The notes beneath the pieces are model-generated. The model made no database searches. It was not told where the DNA came from and saw nothing but the letters and a program-made list of their open reading frames with translations. From Callorhinchus milii (taxonomy: Eukaryota), in contig NW_024704742.1 in the NCBI RefSeq assembly GCF_018977255.1, positions 6,946,001-7,010,000 on the forward strand: a stretch of 64,000 bases of DNA, written 5' to 3'. Made by a program: the position numbers and the translations under genes. Position 1 is the stretch's first letter. Every line of letters starts with the position of its first letter. Positions 1 through 12,202 of the stretch are shown here, one piece after another.

Positions 1-179
1 CTTTCACTTCAAGGCTGCTTATGGGACCTTGCAGATACAAAGGTCTACTGCATTTGCCCACAGAATCAGTCACTACATTTCACTCACTAGTTGTGAAGCC
101 CTTTGACTTTCAACATGATAAGTATCTATAAAAATGCAACAAAAATGAGGGGCGGTGTGTGTGCTGCTCTAAGGGTTGA

Positions 180-777
180 CGGCCTGGCTCAGTTGGCGAT
201 GCTCTCGTCAGAAAGTTGTCGGTTCAAGCCCTGCGTTGGAACTTTGAACTCACAGTTTAGACTGACACTTCAATGCAGCGTTGAGGAAAGTCTTGCCTGA
301 CTGGACGTTTAAAATCCCCATGGAACCATTCAAAAAGAGAAGGGAGTTTCTCTCAGTGTCCTGGCCAACAATCCCCCAGATAAAATTGGATCACTTCTCC
401 GGGGGTCATCAACCTTCCAAAAAAAAAATAATAATTACAATAGTAATTTGGTCACTCAACCCACGACTGTTTGTGAGATATTGCTGTGCCTTACTGGCTG
501 CCGCGTTTCGCTCACAAAATAAACAGTCACTTCACTTTACAGTATATTCTGTGAAGCGCTTTGAGATGTCTTGAAGACGTGATAAGGCGCTATATCAAAT
601 GCAAGGATTATTATTATTCACTTTGTGGCTATTTGTGCGACATCGTTGGAATGACTGCCGAGAAAATTCACAAGATACTTTATGCTTCACAGTAAATCCC
701 GTGAAATGTTGTGAGGTGTCCACACAATGTGAAGTGTGCTACATTAAATGCAAGGATTATCATTATTATTATTACTG
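180..777 (+). mobile_element. Older tRNA-derived Deu-domain SINE (family B, SacSINE1/AmnSINE-like), interrupted by a family A SINE at ~388-618
   Basis: Head GGCCTGGCTCAGTTGG...GGTTCAAGCCC (A/B boxes); Deu-like core GGACGTTTAAAATCCCCATGG...GTGTCCTGGCCAACA; L2-type tail ...AAATGCAAGGATTATCATTATT resuming after 618. Confidence 0.75.
388..618 (+). mobile_element. Family A SINE, 5'-truncated
   Basis: Matches 3' half of the full copy at 14696-15045; ends GTGATAAGGCGCTATATCAAATGCAAGG(ATT)n. Confidence 0.85.
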
Positions 778-2077
778 GTAGTATAGCCAAAGAGTATCAC
801 CTTCCTGTACATGGAATTCCACCATTAAATCATAAGGCCTCAACTCTTGACTCTGCTGTGGATAGGAATGTCTCCTTAACCTAGATTTAGACGCACTGTG
901 ACACAAATCACAAAAGCTGCCAATCTGTCACGTCATGTGTAAAGCTATACTCACATCGGTGTATTTAGTTACTGCAACACAATAATTTGCACTTATATTT
1001 AGTTGCACTATTTCTTACTTTAAAAACACTGTAACTGAACAGTTAACAGTATAACCTATTCAGCAACTGCTGTGGGCAGTAGATGGGAATTGTAATGTGA
1101 ACACTATGATACAGTGAGGCATTTTCTCCATAAAGCAGGATCTTTATGTGTGTCTTCCCTCTCAGCTATGCATTTGTTTCATGCTACAATTTGAGGTATT
1201 ATGATTCCTTAAGCGTAGACCACAAATATTTATTGCTTGCTGACAGGCTTGATGCACTGGTGCCAGATTTCTCCCAAGCCCATACAATATCATTGCTAGG
1301 TGATTAATTCTTCCGTCGCTCAGCCAGGATTCTTAATCTTTAAAGAACAACTGATTGCTATGAAGACCATTATAAAGTTGTCGCAGTTCTGCTAGGGATG
1401 TAAGCCAATTGAAAGCTCATTCCTCACCAAAGATCAGTTGGCTGGAAGATATTGACACATCGTAATAAACTCAGGAAATCTTGTTCACTCAGGCCAAATC
1501 ATATCTTCTGGAAGATGGAGGCAGATCAGTCTATAAATAAAGCACACTTTGTTTTCTTTTTGGTATTTTCTGGCTGGAGAAAGTGACTCGTTTTGTAGTT
1601 CTGTTTCAAACTCAGATATTCGTACCAGAAGACAGGTCGACTGCATGGATTCATCACGTCTGTGAATTTGGAATTACAATGTCTAAGTCTGCAGGTTACT
1701 CAAAACCTGAACTGAGAAGCGCAAATTCGCCAAAGAGAACTCTATCATTCAGCGAGATCTACAGATGTCTGACAAATGCTCAGATACACAAGAGAGACTA
1801 TCCTTACATGTTAAAGTACAGAAATCAGGGAAATAAATGAGAATTGCTCGTTGATCAAACAATAAAAGCACAGTCACATTATACAGCAGGCACATGGGTG
1901 CAGTTCCAGCCCTAGGAACCAATAAGATTTTATGAAGCTCTGCTGAGATCCTGTTTCTGTGTCCAGTTTTGGTCGCCGTAGACACAAACAAACAAACTTA
2001 TGGAAACATTGGAAATTGATTCAAAGAGGTAAAAGATGCCAAATCAAAAGGCATGTCACCCACGAGTTTTGAGCCAC

Positions 2078-2235
2078 CGATAATAATAATGCTTGGATTT
2101 GATATTAGTGCCATATCAAGTCATTGAGAAATCTCAAAGCACTTCACAGGATTGTACTGTGAAGTGTAATGACGGTGTATTTGTAGGCAAACAGACAGCC
2201 AATTTGTACACACCAATGTCTCAGGTAATACAAAT
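2078..2235 (-). mobile_element. Family B SINE 3' fragment
   Basis: Diverged reverse-complement tail TAATAATGCTTGGATTTGATAT...CTCAAAGCACTTCACAGG...CAGCCAATTTG. Confidence 0.7.
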
Positions 2236-3256
2236 AGATTTTATAAACCGTGACTAGGCATTCTCTATTTACAGTGTCTAGCAAAATTGTGCAGGTTAAA
2301 GGTTGCTTAATTACTACACAATGCTAACAAATTAATCCAGGAAATTCATTTCCTTTCAACTTTGAAAATAAAGTACTGTGGTAGTATCCTGGACCTTCGG
2401 AATCACATAAACTTTGCCAACAATACGCTTCAACAAAAAATGTTTTGATTTCTATTATGATGGCTCTTTGGCAAACTGGCACTATAAAAACTGCAAGTGT
2501 TCAGCAAGTTTGTTCCTCAAGAGAGCAGAATTAAGGTGCCTACCACTTATACAGTCACCTGACACTTTCAACTTAATTCCTGTTCGCTTTAACAACTTGA
2601 TTTTACAATAACGGTGAGGCTATCAAACATAGATTTTTAACAGAAACCCCACAACCTACTGCCACACAACTGGCATTATAAGCGTTTAGTTGATTTTGAG
2701 ACCAGAGACCCACATGCTTAATATCTATTTTTCTGACAGTTTATGAAAGAACAATATGACTGTTTATTACAGACCCGTGCAGAAATACAAGTGGAATTCA
2801 ATTCATGTGGTTCATTCTGTTAAAAGCTCATTAGAGGTATGATAGGCTGTGGCCAGCAATGAACTGTGGTGAATTCACAAGTTAACCCATCACCTGTACT
2901 GTTGAAAATTACATGGAATTGCTTAGAATGATTTGTTATGGAAAACAGCCAATCAGTCCAACTATTCCATGTCAGTGTTTATACGTCACACAAGGTCCAC
3001 TTCTCCTATTCCACTCTTTTACTTTTCTATTCCTTTCTTTGTCCTGTATTCCTCCAATATATTCTCTACTTACAGTTCTCTGTTGCCAGTTGGATTATTC
3101 TTGTTATTAAAAATCCTGTGAAGTGTTTTGAGACGTTTTGATGAAGTGATAAGGCACAATATCAAATGCAAGAATAATTATTATTATCAGTAATTACTTA
3201 ACTTGATATTGCACCTTACCACTTTGTCAAAACTCCTTGGGGGGTTGGGGAGGGGG

Positions 3257-3858
3257 GCAAGGTAAGCGAGGTCTCCGGGGAGCTGAACTGGCTCTTGCCT
3301 GGCAAAGGAGTGTTGGAATCGGGCCAGCCCTCTGTTGCAGTCTCGGTGATCCGGTTCCTGAGCCATGTGGGTCCACAGTATCCCAGGGCACTGCTGATGA
3401 CAGCACAGCCCAGCCTGGCTCATCGGCAGGACCTGGAAGGGCAGATCAGTCACTGGGGGCAGGGAATCATCCCACTCGGCTCCTGTTAATAAACCTGCAA
3501 GCCAAAGCCCTAACGGGTAGGCTGGTCCTAGCTGGGCAATCAGCGGGAAAGCTTGCCAGACAACAATATCAATGCAAGCTATGCGGTTTTAGCTGGTTAG
3601 ACTCTAGCAGTTACCCCAACGCACACTTTAGGGTCTTCAAGCTTTGGCTCTTGCCAACCTGCATCTAATGCTTTCAGGAATTAGGTAAGCAGGATACGTC
3701 CCTCCAGGGAGAGAGAGAGTGCACATTAAATTCCAACAATTTGTCTCTGAGATTCCCATGTGTAGATGGGATGCATGGAAATCTCAGCCTGGGTTGGATA
3801 CTCTTAAACACGTTAGTGGGTTTCCGCATGTGTCAGACACCCGGCTGACAAAAAAAAA
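3257..3858 (+). mobile_element. Family C poly(A)-tailed retroposon (SINE-like), longest copy
   Basis: Homologous to seven other segments in the window; ends GGGTTTCCGCATGTGTCAGACACCCGGCTGAC(A)n. Confidence 0.8.
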
Positions 3859-5478
3859 TTCCTACTCACAGCAGTAAACCAAACCCTGGCAGATCATCAT
3901 AACTGTGAGGAAGGCTGAGGGATGTTCACCATGCTTCAGAGTACACACTGCATACTTCCTGTCAATACCAGTTGTGATGATAAAATGGCTATCGACATTT
4001 CATTCAGACATTATTTGTTCAGAATTTCATTTCAAATAAAAAAAAACACAAGTGACTGGATAACCTCGAATGCATCAAATATTTTTTGAGACAAAACGTT
4101 GACACGCTCATATTTTTGGCTTGTTTGTGGTGAAGCGGGAGGAGTAGGGAAAGGCGTGGAAAGAGGTGTGCGGAAAGTGTAGGAATAGGGGGGGGAGGGA
4201 AAAAGGAAGAGAGGGAAGGAGAGAAAAGGGGGAGAAATCGAAGGGAAGGAGGAATTAGCTCGAAACAGATAACTGAAACAAGGAAATCCTAGCCGTTATA
4301 TGATAAAGGCAATATCTTCGTGCAATGTCCTACCATGAAAGAAAGATGGAAAAATCCAAGACAAACTAAACTGAAAGTAATTCGGTGTGGGGAAAATGTA
4401 GACAGAGACTCTTGACTGATCCGTTATGGGGGTGGTGAAGCCTTCCAGTTATTTGTTTCCAAGTAAATAGCTGTGCTGCCTGGGGAGCCGTTAATTCACT
4501 GGGATCACCCTTGATGGACAACGACACTGCAGCAGGGAGAGAGAGGCCTATGGTTCAGGACATTGTGCAGCTGGAGTCGTATCTCCTTCTTCTCCCCCAC
4601 CCCCCATGTCCACACACAACAATCAGATGGGGCCGCAGACATTCATCTCATTTAAAGCAAGAGCCCCGTTAAATAACTTTCTCGTCATTCATCAGAATTG
4701 TTTGAAAAGCACTTTAAATCAATCGTGGAGTAAATTAACTGAGCAATCGTGACATAAATTGCAGGAGTTTTCACTGTGTCAATACAAAATTACTTTAAAG
4801 CTCTTTTGTCAGTTTTTTTTTCTCCTGTTTTTGTTTTGCACGACAGATCTCTCCGTTTGGAAACCTGTATTCAGTCACTCAGTGCTGGTTCTGAAATCAC
4901 TGCCATCACAATTGCTCCGTGCACGTTGAGTGAATCTCAACTAATGGCACCTCTCAGTGGCTGTGCTATTACAATGAAACATTCCTGCCTCTGCGAAATT
5001 CGAACGAGTAATTTTTAACTGGAGGCTTTTTCTTCCAGTGAAGAGCATCTTCTTTGCTTTTGAATATTGTTCGTCACACTCCGCCTCACCCCTCTCTCCA
5101 TTTCATACTTACTTGAAGTGATAATTATTTTTTTGAGTCAGGAGCTGCAATGCAGTTTCTGAACAGATGTGTCCACATTTCTGCTATTTCTTCTTGGCAT
5201 TCCTTAATAAGGATCACTGATAGAAGTCACTTTGACTTGTGGGAACTGATTTATTGTAAACAATCCCATATTGTTTCATGGGATTTCTTATCAAGAAATC
5301 ACACTTCATTCACCATGTCACAGCCATTAGAAATTTCTTCTAAACAAATAATATGAAAGATAAAGCAGACAGTGGGGTTGTTCTGCTCTGTTTAGCATGA
5401 GGAAATCCCATTGAATGTGCTTATTGAAAGACTGATTACACATAGCCCACAAAGCAGACTATAACCCCCTCCCCGTAG

Positions 5479-5800
5479 TTGGAGTCTTGTAGCTCAGTGG
5501 TTAAAGCACTCGCCTCACAAGCGAGAGGACCTGGGTTCGATTCCCGGGCAGGGCAAAACATTGGACAAGTTTCCTTACTCCACACGTCTGCTTACCGAGC
5601 AGTAAGTATGAACCCGGTTGTTAGCCGATAGGCAGATCTGGGGTAATGAGCCCTTCAAAAAAATAATAATAATAATAATAATAACAATAATCCACAATTG
5701 GCTGCCCCGTTTCACTCTCAAAACATTCTGTGAAGCGCTTTGAGACCTCTAGAAGTCGTGATAAGGCGATATATTAAATGCAAGGATTGTTATTTATTGA
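5479..5800 (+). mobile_element. Family A SINE (tRNA-Ala-like head, CORE-like middle, L2-type tail) with internal deletion
   Basis: GGAGTCTTGTAGCTCAGTGGTTAAAGCACTCGCCTCACAAGCGAGAGGACCTGGGTTCGATTCCC head; TTGGACAAGTTTCCTTACTCCACAC core; tail. Confidence 0.9.
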
Positions 5801-6187
5801 TTTATCATTAGTTACCATTACCTGTAGTATTTGTAACATAGCTTAGTTTAAAATCTGCTTGCATTTGTTTGACACACATGACCTTCCGGTCAGAGCACGC
5901 CCCAGCCTGCACTTCCTGGCCTGTACACTTGGCAAAGAGCAGTGAACAGAACTTGGCAAGAGCAGAACACACAAACACACCCTGAAGTAGCTCGGAACAA
6001 GACAGCTGTCACGCAGTGACACTTAAACAGCACCGGGATTCCCCGCTCCGTGAAGGTCTTACGATCTATTGTCCACGGCGACTTTCATTCTCACAGCAAA
6101 CTTGTCCATTTACCTAAATAGAATATTATTTCCACTCTGATCCATGCGAAGCCAAACATTACGACTGCCCTATCTCCACAGTACAGG

Positions 6188-6250
6188 TTAAGCGCTCCGT
6201 GACCCTACCCGGCGTGAAGGGTGCTATAAAAATGCAAGTTGTTGTTGTTA
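6188..6250 (+). mobile_element. Isolated L2 LINE 3' tail (type 2)
   Basis: AGCGCTCCGTGACCCTACCCGGCGTGAAGGGTGCTATAAAAATGCAAG(TTG)n; same tail as the L2 at 44755-45270. Confidence 0.75.
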
Positions 6251-7344
6251 AGTGGCAGATTGTTGCTCTCTTTCTCAACCTTAATTGTTCGTTAGCATCT
6301 ATACATTACAATGGAGCCTCCGCACAAATGCCTCTGATCAAGCACCCAATTGCTGAATGTACTGTATTATCGCTAGTTGCATGTCACGGAAAATTCCATG
6401 AGCAGCAAGTAATGGAAAGATAATTCTTTGTAATGTACATCGTATGACAGACCACAAAACCCAAACCTAACATTCTTTAACTTTTGTTTCATTCCCTTTT
6501 GTTGTCTAATGCAATACTTTTGTTTGAATAGAGAGAGCTGAGGAGATCATGGAGGGAAATGGCTTAGACAAGACACCAAGCCTGACAGCGCAAGGGAGCT
6601 GGATTAACACGTGTACAAGGCGACATGGCAAGATTGATACGGTATCTTCCTCCCTCCTGTACCTCACCCACATGACCGTTCATTGTGCGTCAGTCTGGAT
6701 CACTCTGGATCAGCTAGAAGCATTGTCGAACCAGGCTCGGAAGGCTGTGTGCTCAAGCATTATCTCTTAGGTTTTTATTTGACTCCCGAAGGAAGTGAGT
6801 GTTCCACTCAGCGCATTATCACCTCTACTATCAGGAGGATACCAACCGAGAAGCTGTGTTTTGATGCCTTTGGCACTGTTGTAAATTAGGGAAGCTGGAA
6901 CTTCTGTTCAAACACAGGCGCACAGTGACATGAAGCAGCCAACAGACAACGGCAAGTGAGAGTTTCAATGGTTGTAAAGCACTGATGAGATTTGTTCTGT
7001 TTCCGATCACTGAAACGCGAGTGACAGTCTGGCGACTTAATTTTAACATGAAAACCTTTGTTGGCCTACGCATCGATCAGTGTCATACTGTGACAGGCTC
7101 AGATCTTATCTTGGCATTTGGCGAAGGCGGCTTACAGCGCTCAGCTCTACAAGTGTAAAGAAAATCACTTCAGAGAACCTCTTATTCCTGCTGGCGGAGT
7201 AGCGAATGGCAGCCATTGCTTTCTATGCATCTTTCCAAAAGTAAAGATGAAGTAAGTCTTCATCATCCAAAATGAAGGACGTCCAGACTACCTCTGGTTA
7301 CAATTTGTAGGAGATTTGCATCAACCTCATAATAATACCTTCAA

Positions 7345-7530
7345 TAATAATCTGGTCACTCGATCCACGACTGTTTGTGGGACACTACTGTGTGCAATTG
7401 GCTGTCGCGTTTCGCCCACAAAATATACAGGCAATTCACTTAACCGTATATTCTGTGAAGCGCTTTGAGACATCTCAAAGACGTGATAAGATGCTATATC
7501 AACTGTAAGGATTACTATTAGTATTATAAT
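7345..7530 (+). mobile_element. Family A SINE, 5'-truncated
   Basis: GGTCACTCGATCCACGACTGTTTGTGGGAC...GTGAAGCGCTTTGAGACATCTCAAAGACGTGATAAG. Confidence 0.85.
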
Positions 7531-8200
7531 ACCTTAAACTGCTAGATGGATTTTTCCCCAGAAAATGGAAAGACTTAATGGTAAGTCAGCAACCAGAGCC
7601 TTATACAAATAATAGAGTTCTTCCCCTTTTCCCTCAAGCTCAAATCATTGCGAGCACCAATACCGAAATTCAAATAAATAATATCACGTCGACTATGTAA
7701 GATAAATTCTTTAGCTGCAGGACTTTAACGCAGAGGGATCGCTAAACCAACTAAACAATGAATACCAAACCCACAGATCTCAGTGGAATGGTGAATCGTC
7801 TGTAAACCAATCTAACTAGACAATTCTTACATTCCAAATGCTTCACCTTTGATTATATGCAATGAGTCACAAACCAAAGGCTCCTTTTAGCTCGGGATTC
7901 TGAAATTCCTGGTCACTGACTACTGCATCGGAAATATCCATTACCTCAGAGACAAATGGAGACAAGGGAACACTGGATTCTCAGCTCCTTGCTTCTCAGT
8001 TACAAGTAGTGCAACCTTTAGTTATGCTAAGTACTCCAAGTTCAAAAGGCCTTGAAGTAGATACCAGCATGAAAACTGTTCACTATTAACCGTGTAAAAA
8101 ATGTTGCATCAGAACATATCGAATCCAAGTGACAAAAAGGTGTTAACGCTCATGGACAAACTGGACCGGGTCTGCAGAAGAAATGATGCCTGGGCTCGAG

Positions 8201-8385
8201 AATAATAATAATAATCCTTGTATTTGATATAGCGCCTTATCACGTCTTCGCGACGTCTCAAAGCGCTTCACAGAATATACTGTAAAGTCAATTGACTGTA
8301 TATTTTGTGGGCAAAACACAGCAGCCAATTGTGCACAGCAGCGTCCGACAGACAGTCGTGGATTGAGTGACCAAATATTAAAATA
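8201..8385 (-). mobile_element. Family A SINE, 5'-truncated
   Basis: Reverse complement of the family A 3' half. Confidence 0.85.
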
Positions 8386-8513
8386 ACAAATAATTTCATT
8401 CTTGAAAACTAATGGAGGCTTTAGTTAATGCTATGAGTTGAAAGATGCTCTGTTTTTTAATGTTATATTATATCAAATAATATAGTTCTTCCCCTCTTCC
8501 TTTAAACTCAAAA

Positions 8514-8897
8514 CCACAAAATATACAGTCAATTCACTTTACAGTATATTTTGTGAAGTGCTTTGAGACGTCTCGAAGACGTGATAAGGCGCTATATCAA
8601 ATGCAAATTGAATTGACTGTATAACTGTATATTTTGTGGGTGAAAAGCCGCAGCCAATTGCACACAGCAGTGTCCCACAAACAGGCATGGTTTGAGTGAC
8701 CAAATTATTACTATTTTTTTGGAGGGTTTTATTACTCCCGGAAAAGCAATCTGCCTGCCAATCGACTAACAACCGGGTTCCTAATTACTGCTAGGTAAAC
8801 AGAGACACGTGGAGTAAGAAAACTTGTTCAACATTTCGCCCTGCCCAGGAATCGAACCCAGGTCCTCTCGCTTACGAGGCAAGTATTCTAACCATTG
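8514..8897. mobile_element. Family A SINE with inverted 3' part (8514-8606 on +, 8607-8897 on -)
   Basis: tRNA head and core on the minus strand abut a plus-strand tail. Confidence 0.8.
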
Positions 8898-9284
8898 CAG
8901 GAGAATGGTTCAGCAAGAACCAATCTGACCGAGGAGGATGCTGCCTGGTTATGAATGACCAGGTTCAACATGACAAATCACAAGGGATGAATGGGAGCTG
9001 TGGGTCTGTTTAAACCTGTTCTGGTGTCTGTTATAGAACTGGAATCATGTTGGATAGGGCACAGTGTCAGGATCAGGTGCCTTTTGCTTAAATTCAAATG
9101 TTGATTATTTAGACATGTTTTATTCGCAAGACTTTAACAAGGAAACCATGAAGGAAAACATTTCTATCGCGTGTTGGGAGTATTTCACGGGCAAAATTGA
9201 AATCAAACGACTGGAAAATTGAAGCCGTTGTAAGCCCTCTCTTTTCCCTACAGATCACTGCTGGGCAAGTAGAATTTATCTACG

Positions 9285-9400
9285 TACAATGATGTGACAG
9301 GAAACAGGCTATTCGGCCATATAACCCCTTCTCCCTCATGTATGCATCATATCTATTTATCTGGAGGATAGTTGGTCAGGACATCGATAGAAACTCCATA
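9285..9400 (-). mobile_element. CR1 LINE 3' fragment
   Basis: ACAGGAAACAGGCTATTCGGCC is the reverse of the CR1 3' tail motif GGCCGAATGGCCT. Confidence 0.5.
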
Positions 9401-9954
9401 CTCTTTTGGAATTATCTTTGAATTATAAGAATTAATTTTCGAATTATAAAGATTGCTTAACTTGTGTAAGTCCTTGCTATGTTTCTTCACGAGTGTAAAG
9501 TGTCATTCCAGCCTCCATCCTGTATAGCGCCTTTCACGTCGGGCGGATGTCCCAAGGCGCTGAAATCTAGCGGTGCTTTTGCAGATCACTGTCACATGGC
9601 TACAGGAAAACTGTTGGCTGCCATCACTTTGTGCCCCGGTAACTCATTGGGTGATGATATTGACAGCAGGCCAAGCATGTGTCCCAGAATAAAATGATTT
9701 AAGCCTCACATGAGGTTTGGCAATCTCTTTCCAGTCATCGCTCAGACCTGAAGCCCAACCTCACCAAAGGAATCCAGACTTTCGTTTAACCACAAACATT
9801 GCCTCACAGGAAAATGTTGAGGCATGGGTGGAGAAGGAGGTCAGCGTGCTGATCCACTCCATTTGTGACCAGGATCGAATCAAAATAATCAGGATTGCAG
9901 GAAGATAATTTTGCTCTCCTGGTTCAAGAATTCAATATGAAATGAGTCTATTAT

Positions 9955-10043
9955 ACACATGTGGGACTGTCAGCTTGGTTTGGATACTCTTAAACCGGGT
10001 GTGGGGTTTCCGCATGCGTCAGACACCCGGATGACCCAAAGAA
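9955..10043 (+). mobile_element. Family C 3' stub
   Basis: CAGCTTGGTTTGGATACTCTTAAAC...GGGTTTCCGCATGCGTCAGACACCCGGATGACCCAAAGAAAG. Confidence 0.8.
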
Positions 10044-10585
10044 AGTTTATTCTGAATAGCTATTCTGCTATTGGTGGCACTTTGAGGTTTTCTGCGTTCA
10101 TTAGTGGACATTCACTTGCCTGAATGGTAATCACGAATCAACAGTGAATTACCGAATAAAACAAAAATCAAACGTTCATCGAGCTCAGGAGACAGGAATA
10201 GGCCAGGCGATTTCTGAATGTTTCTTCAGGTTAATAACAATTTAAAAAATGGTTAATCTGAAGCATTGGAACATGCTTGCCAAGTGTATATTAATTGCGG
10301 TGGCTTGAAACATGAAATCCACAGTGAGCAGTAAATAAAACTGATGGAAAGAGAGAACTACAGCTTTTCATTTAGAACACATGCAATTCTGTGTTAACCA
10401 ATAAGCTCTCTGAAGCTGGCAATTTTTATTGGGTGCTATCATCCCGTGAACAATTTTGTTGTATTATTTCTGATTTAATTTAATTTACCTTTATGAAAAC
10501 CTTATGCTTAATTCAACGTAGTGCGCACTATGTACGCTGAAAGAAACTAGAAGCAGCTTTCAGACTGCGGTCAGACAGGAGAAAA

Positions 10586-10720
10586 AGTCCCAAATTGCAC
10601 CTAGTGTTAGTCTGTAAGATCACTTTGTTTTACAGTTGAAGACTGTACAAAATTGTGGAAACTTCTTCATTTCAGTCTTAATTTGGAAGCTATTTTTTCC
10701 TGCAGTTATCTCTTAATTAA
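10586..10720. mobile_element. Harbinger-like palindromic MITE fragment (family H)
   Basis: AGTCCCAAATTGCACC start and AATTTGGAAGCTATTTTTTCCTGCAG core match 58732-58952. Confidence 0.5.
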
Positions 10721-11475
10721 TAGCACTTTGCCCCCACCCTCACTGTGCCCTGCTATTAGCTGTCCATAATAACAATCATCCTTACGTTTCTTTCACAACA
10801 TTGATCAAGTCAGCACCATCCAGTGGCAAACTTACTAAAAAAGGCATCGGCTTTACCATTGAGTTTAAAATTAATGTTGCACTCTTTCTCTGTCTCTCTC
10901 TCTCCCACTTCCTATCCCCTCCCCCTCCAACCCATCATTAATGTGTAAGTTTGGCTTGAAAGCCGTGTCTCTGTAATATTTTGTGTTTGTCTCTTCCAGT
11001 ACTTTACTTGATTTATATTTTTGCAGCAGAGGGAGAGAAGAGAGCCAGAGAGAGACGCAGACTGACAGATAGACAAAGAGCAGTCAGGGAAAGCAATCAC
11101 AGAGTCTGATAGCGGGATGAAGTGGATAGCAAGCTGCAGAACGTGTAGCTCACACATTATCAAAAGACAAGAAAACTGCAGCAACACCTCAGGAAACATG
11201 CCTTAAAATGGGGAGGAATGTCACAAAGATAAAGCAAAGTTCAAACAGCTGGAGAGGCAGCAGAAGTGGAAACGAAACAGAAATGCAAATAAAATCAACA
11301 TTTCACGAGCGGAGATTAGAATGATGGAATGTTACGAACACCAACAGGACATTTGACCCATCCAGTCTGCACTAGTGTTTTTCTCTACGTGAACCACCTA
11401 ATTTAATCCCAAATAAACTCCTGGATGCTCCTCACACAGTTCAATATTCTCCTCGATCCAGCATTCATTGCATCG

Positions 11476-11824
11476 TACGGGTAGGGTGGTCCTCGCTGGA
11501 CACGTAGTGGGAAAGCTTGCCAGACAGTGATATCACTGGCGAGCGATGCGGTTTTAGCTGGTTACACTCCCGCAGTTACCCCAACACACACTCTGGGCTC
11601 CTCAAGCATTGGCTTTTGCCAAACTGAACCCTAATGCTTTCCGGAATCAGGTAATCAGGATGTGTCCCTCCAGAGAGAGAGAATGCGTATTCCATTCCAA
11701 CAATCCATCTCTGGGATTTCCATGTGTAGGTGGGATGCATGGAAATCTCAGCTTGGTTTGGATACTCTTATGCATGGTGATGGGTTTCCGTATGTGTCAG
11801 ACACCCGGCTGACCAAAAAAAAAC
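11476..11824 (+). mobile_element. Family C retroposon, 5'-truncated
   Basis: Collinear with 3512-3858; ends CACCCGGCTGACC(A)9. Confidence 0.85.
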
Positions 11825-11864
11825 ACATGCAATATTTAATATGCCCCCCCCCCACCCCACCCCA

Positions 11865-11980
11865 ACACTGTATTGGAGTGTCAGCTTAGACTATGTGATT
11901 CCAAGTCCTGATGTGTGACTCGAACACACAACCTTCTGACTCAGAGGCAAGAGTGTTACCATTGCATCAGGCTAACACAC
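11865..11980 (-). mobile_element. Family B SINE tRNA head fragment
   Basis: Reverse of GGTAACACTCTTGCCTCTGAGTCAGAAGGTTGTGTGTTCGAGTCAC. Confidence 0.75.
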
Positions 11981-12202
11981 CTGGTGTGAAGACATGTTCG
12001 ATGTGTGAACGACACGCTGAATTGTTACAGTACAATAACACACGCTAAATCACAGCAGCTGGAACTTGCGGCAACTTTATTATTCCGTCTCTCGCCTCTC
12101 CCTCAACCCCACAAGCCCGGAAAATCAAATAGCCAGCTGGATCTGCTCTGCTTTCCTTATCAGTGGATTGCTAAGGTGGTCCAACAGTGTCCGTCCACTT
12201 TA

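Noticed and set aside
3237..3668. 143-aa ORF
   Set aside because: Lies in a family C repeat, has a non-ATG start, and the frame is not preserved in other copies
5113..5220. Minus-strand exon with AG/GTAAGT ends
   Set aside because: Frame ends in a stop and the peptide (LIKECQEEIAEMWTHLF) looks more like a decayed LINE RT fragment
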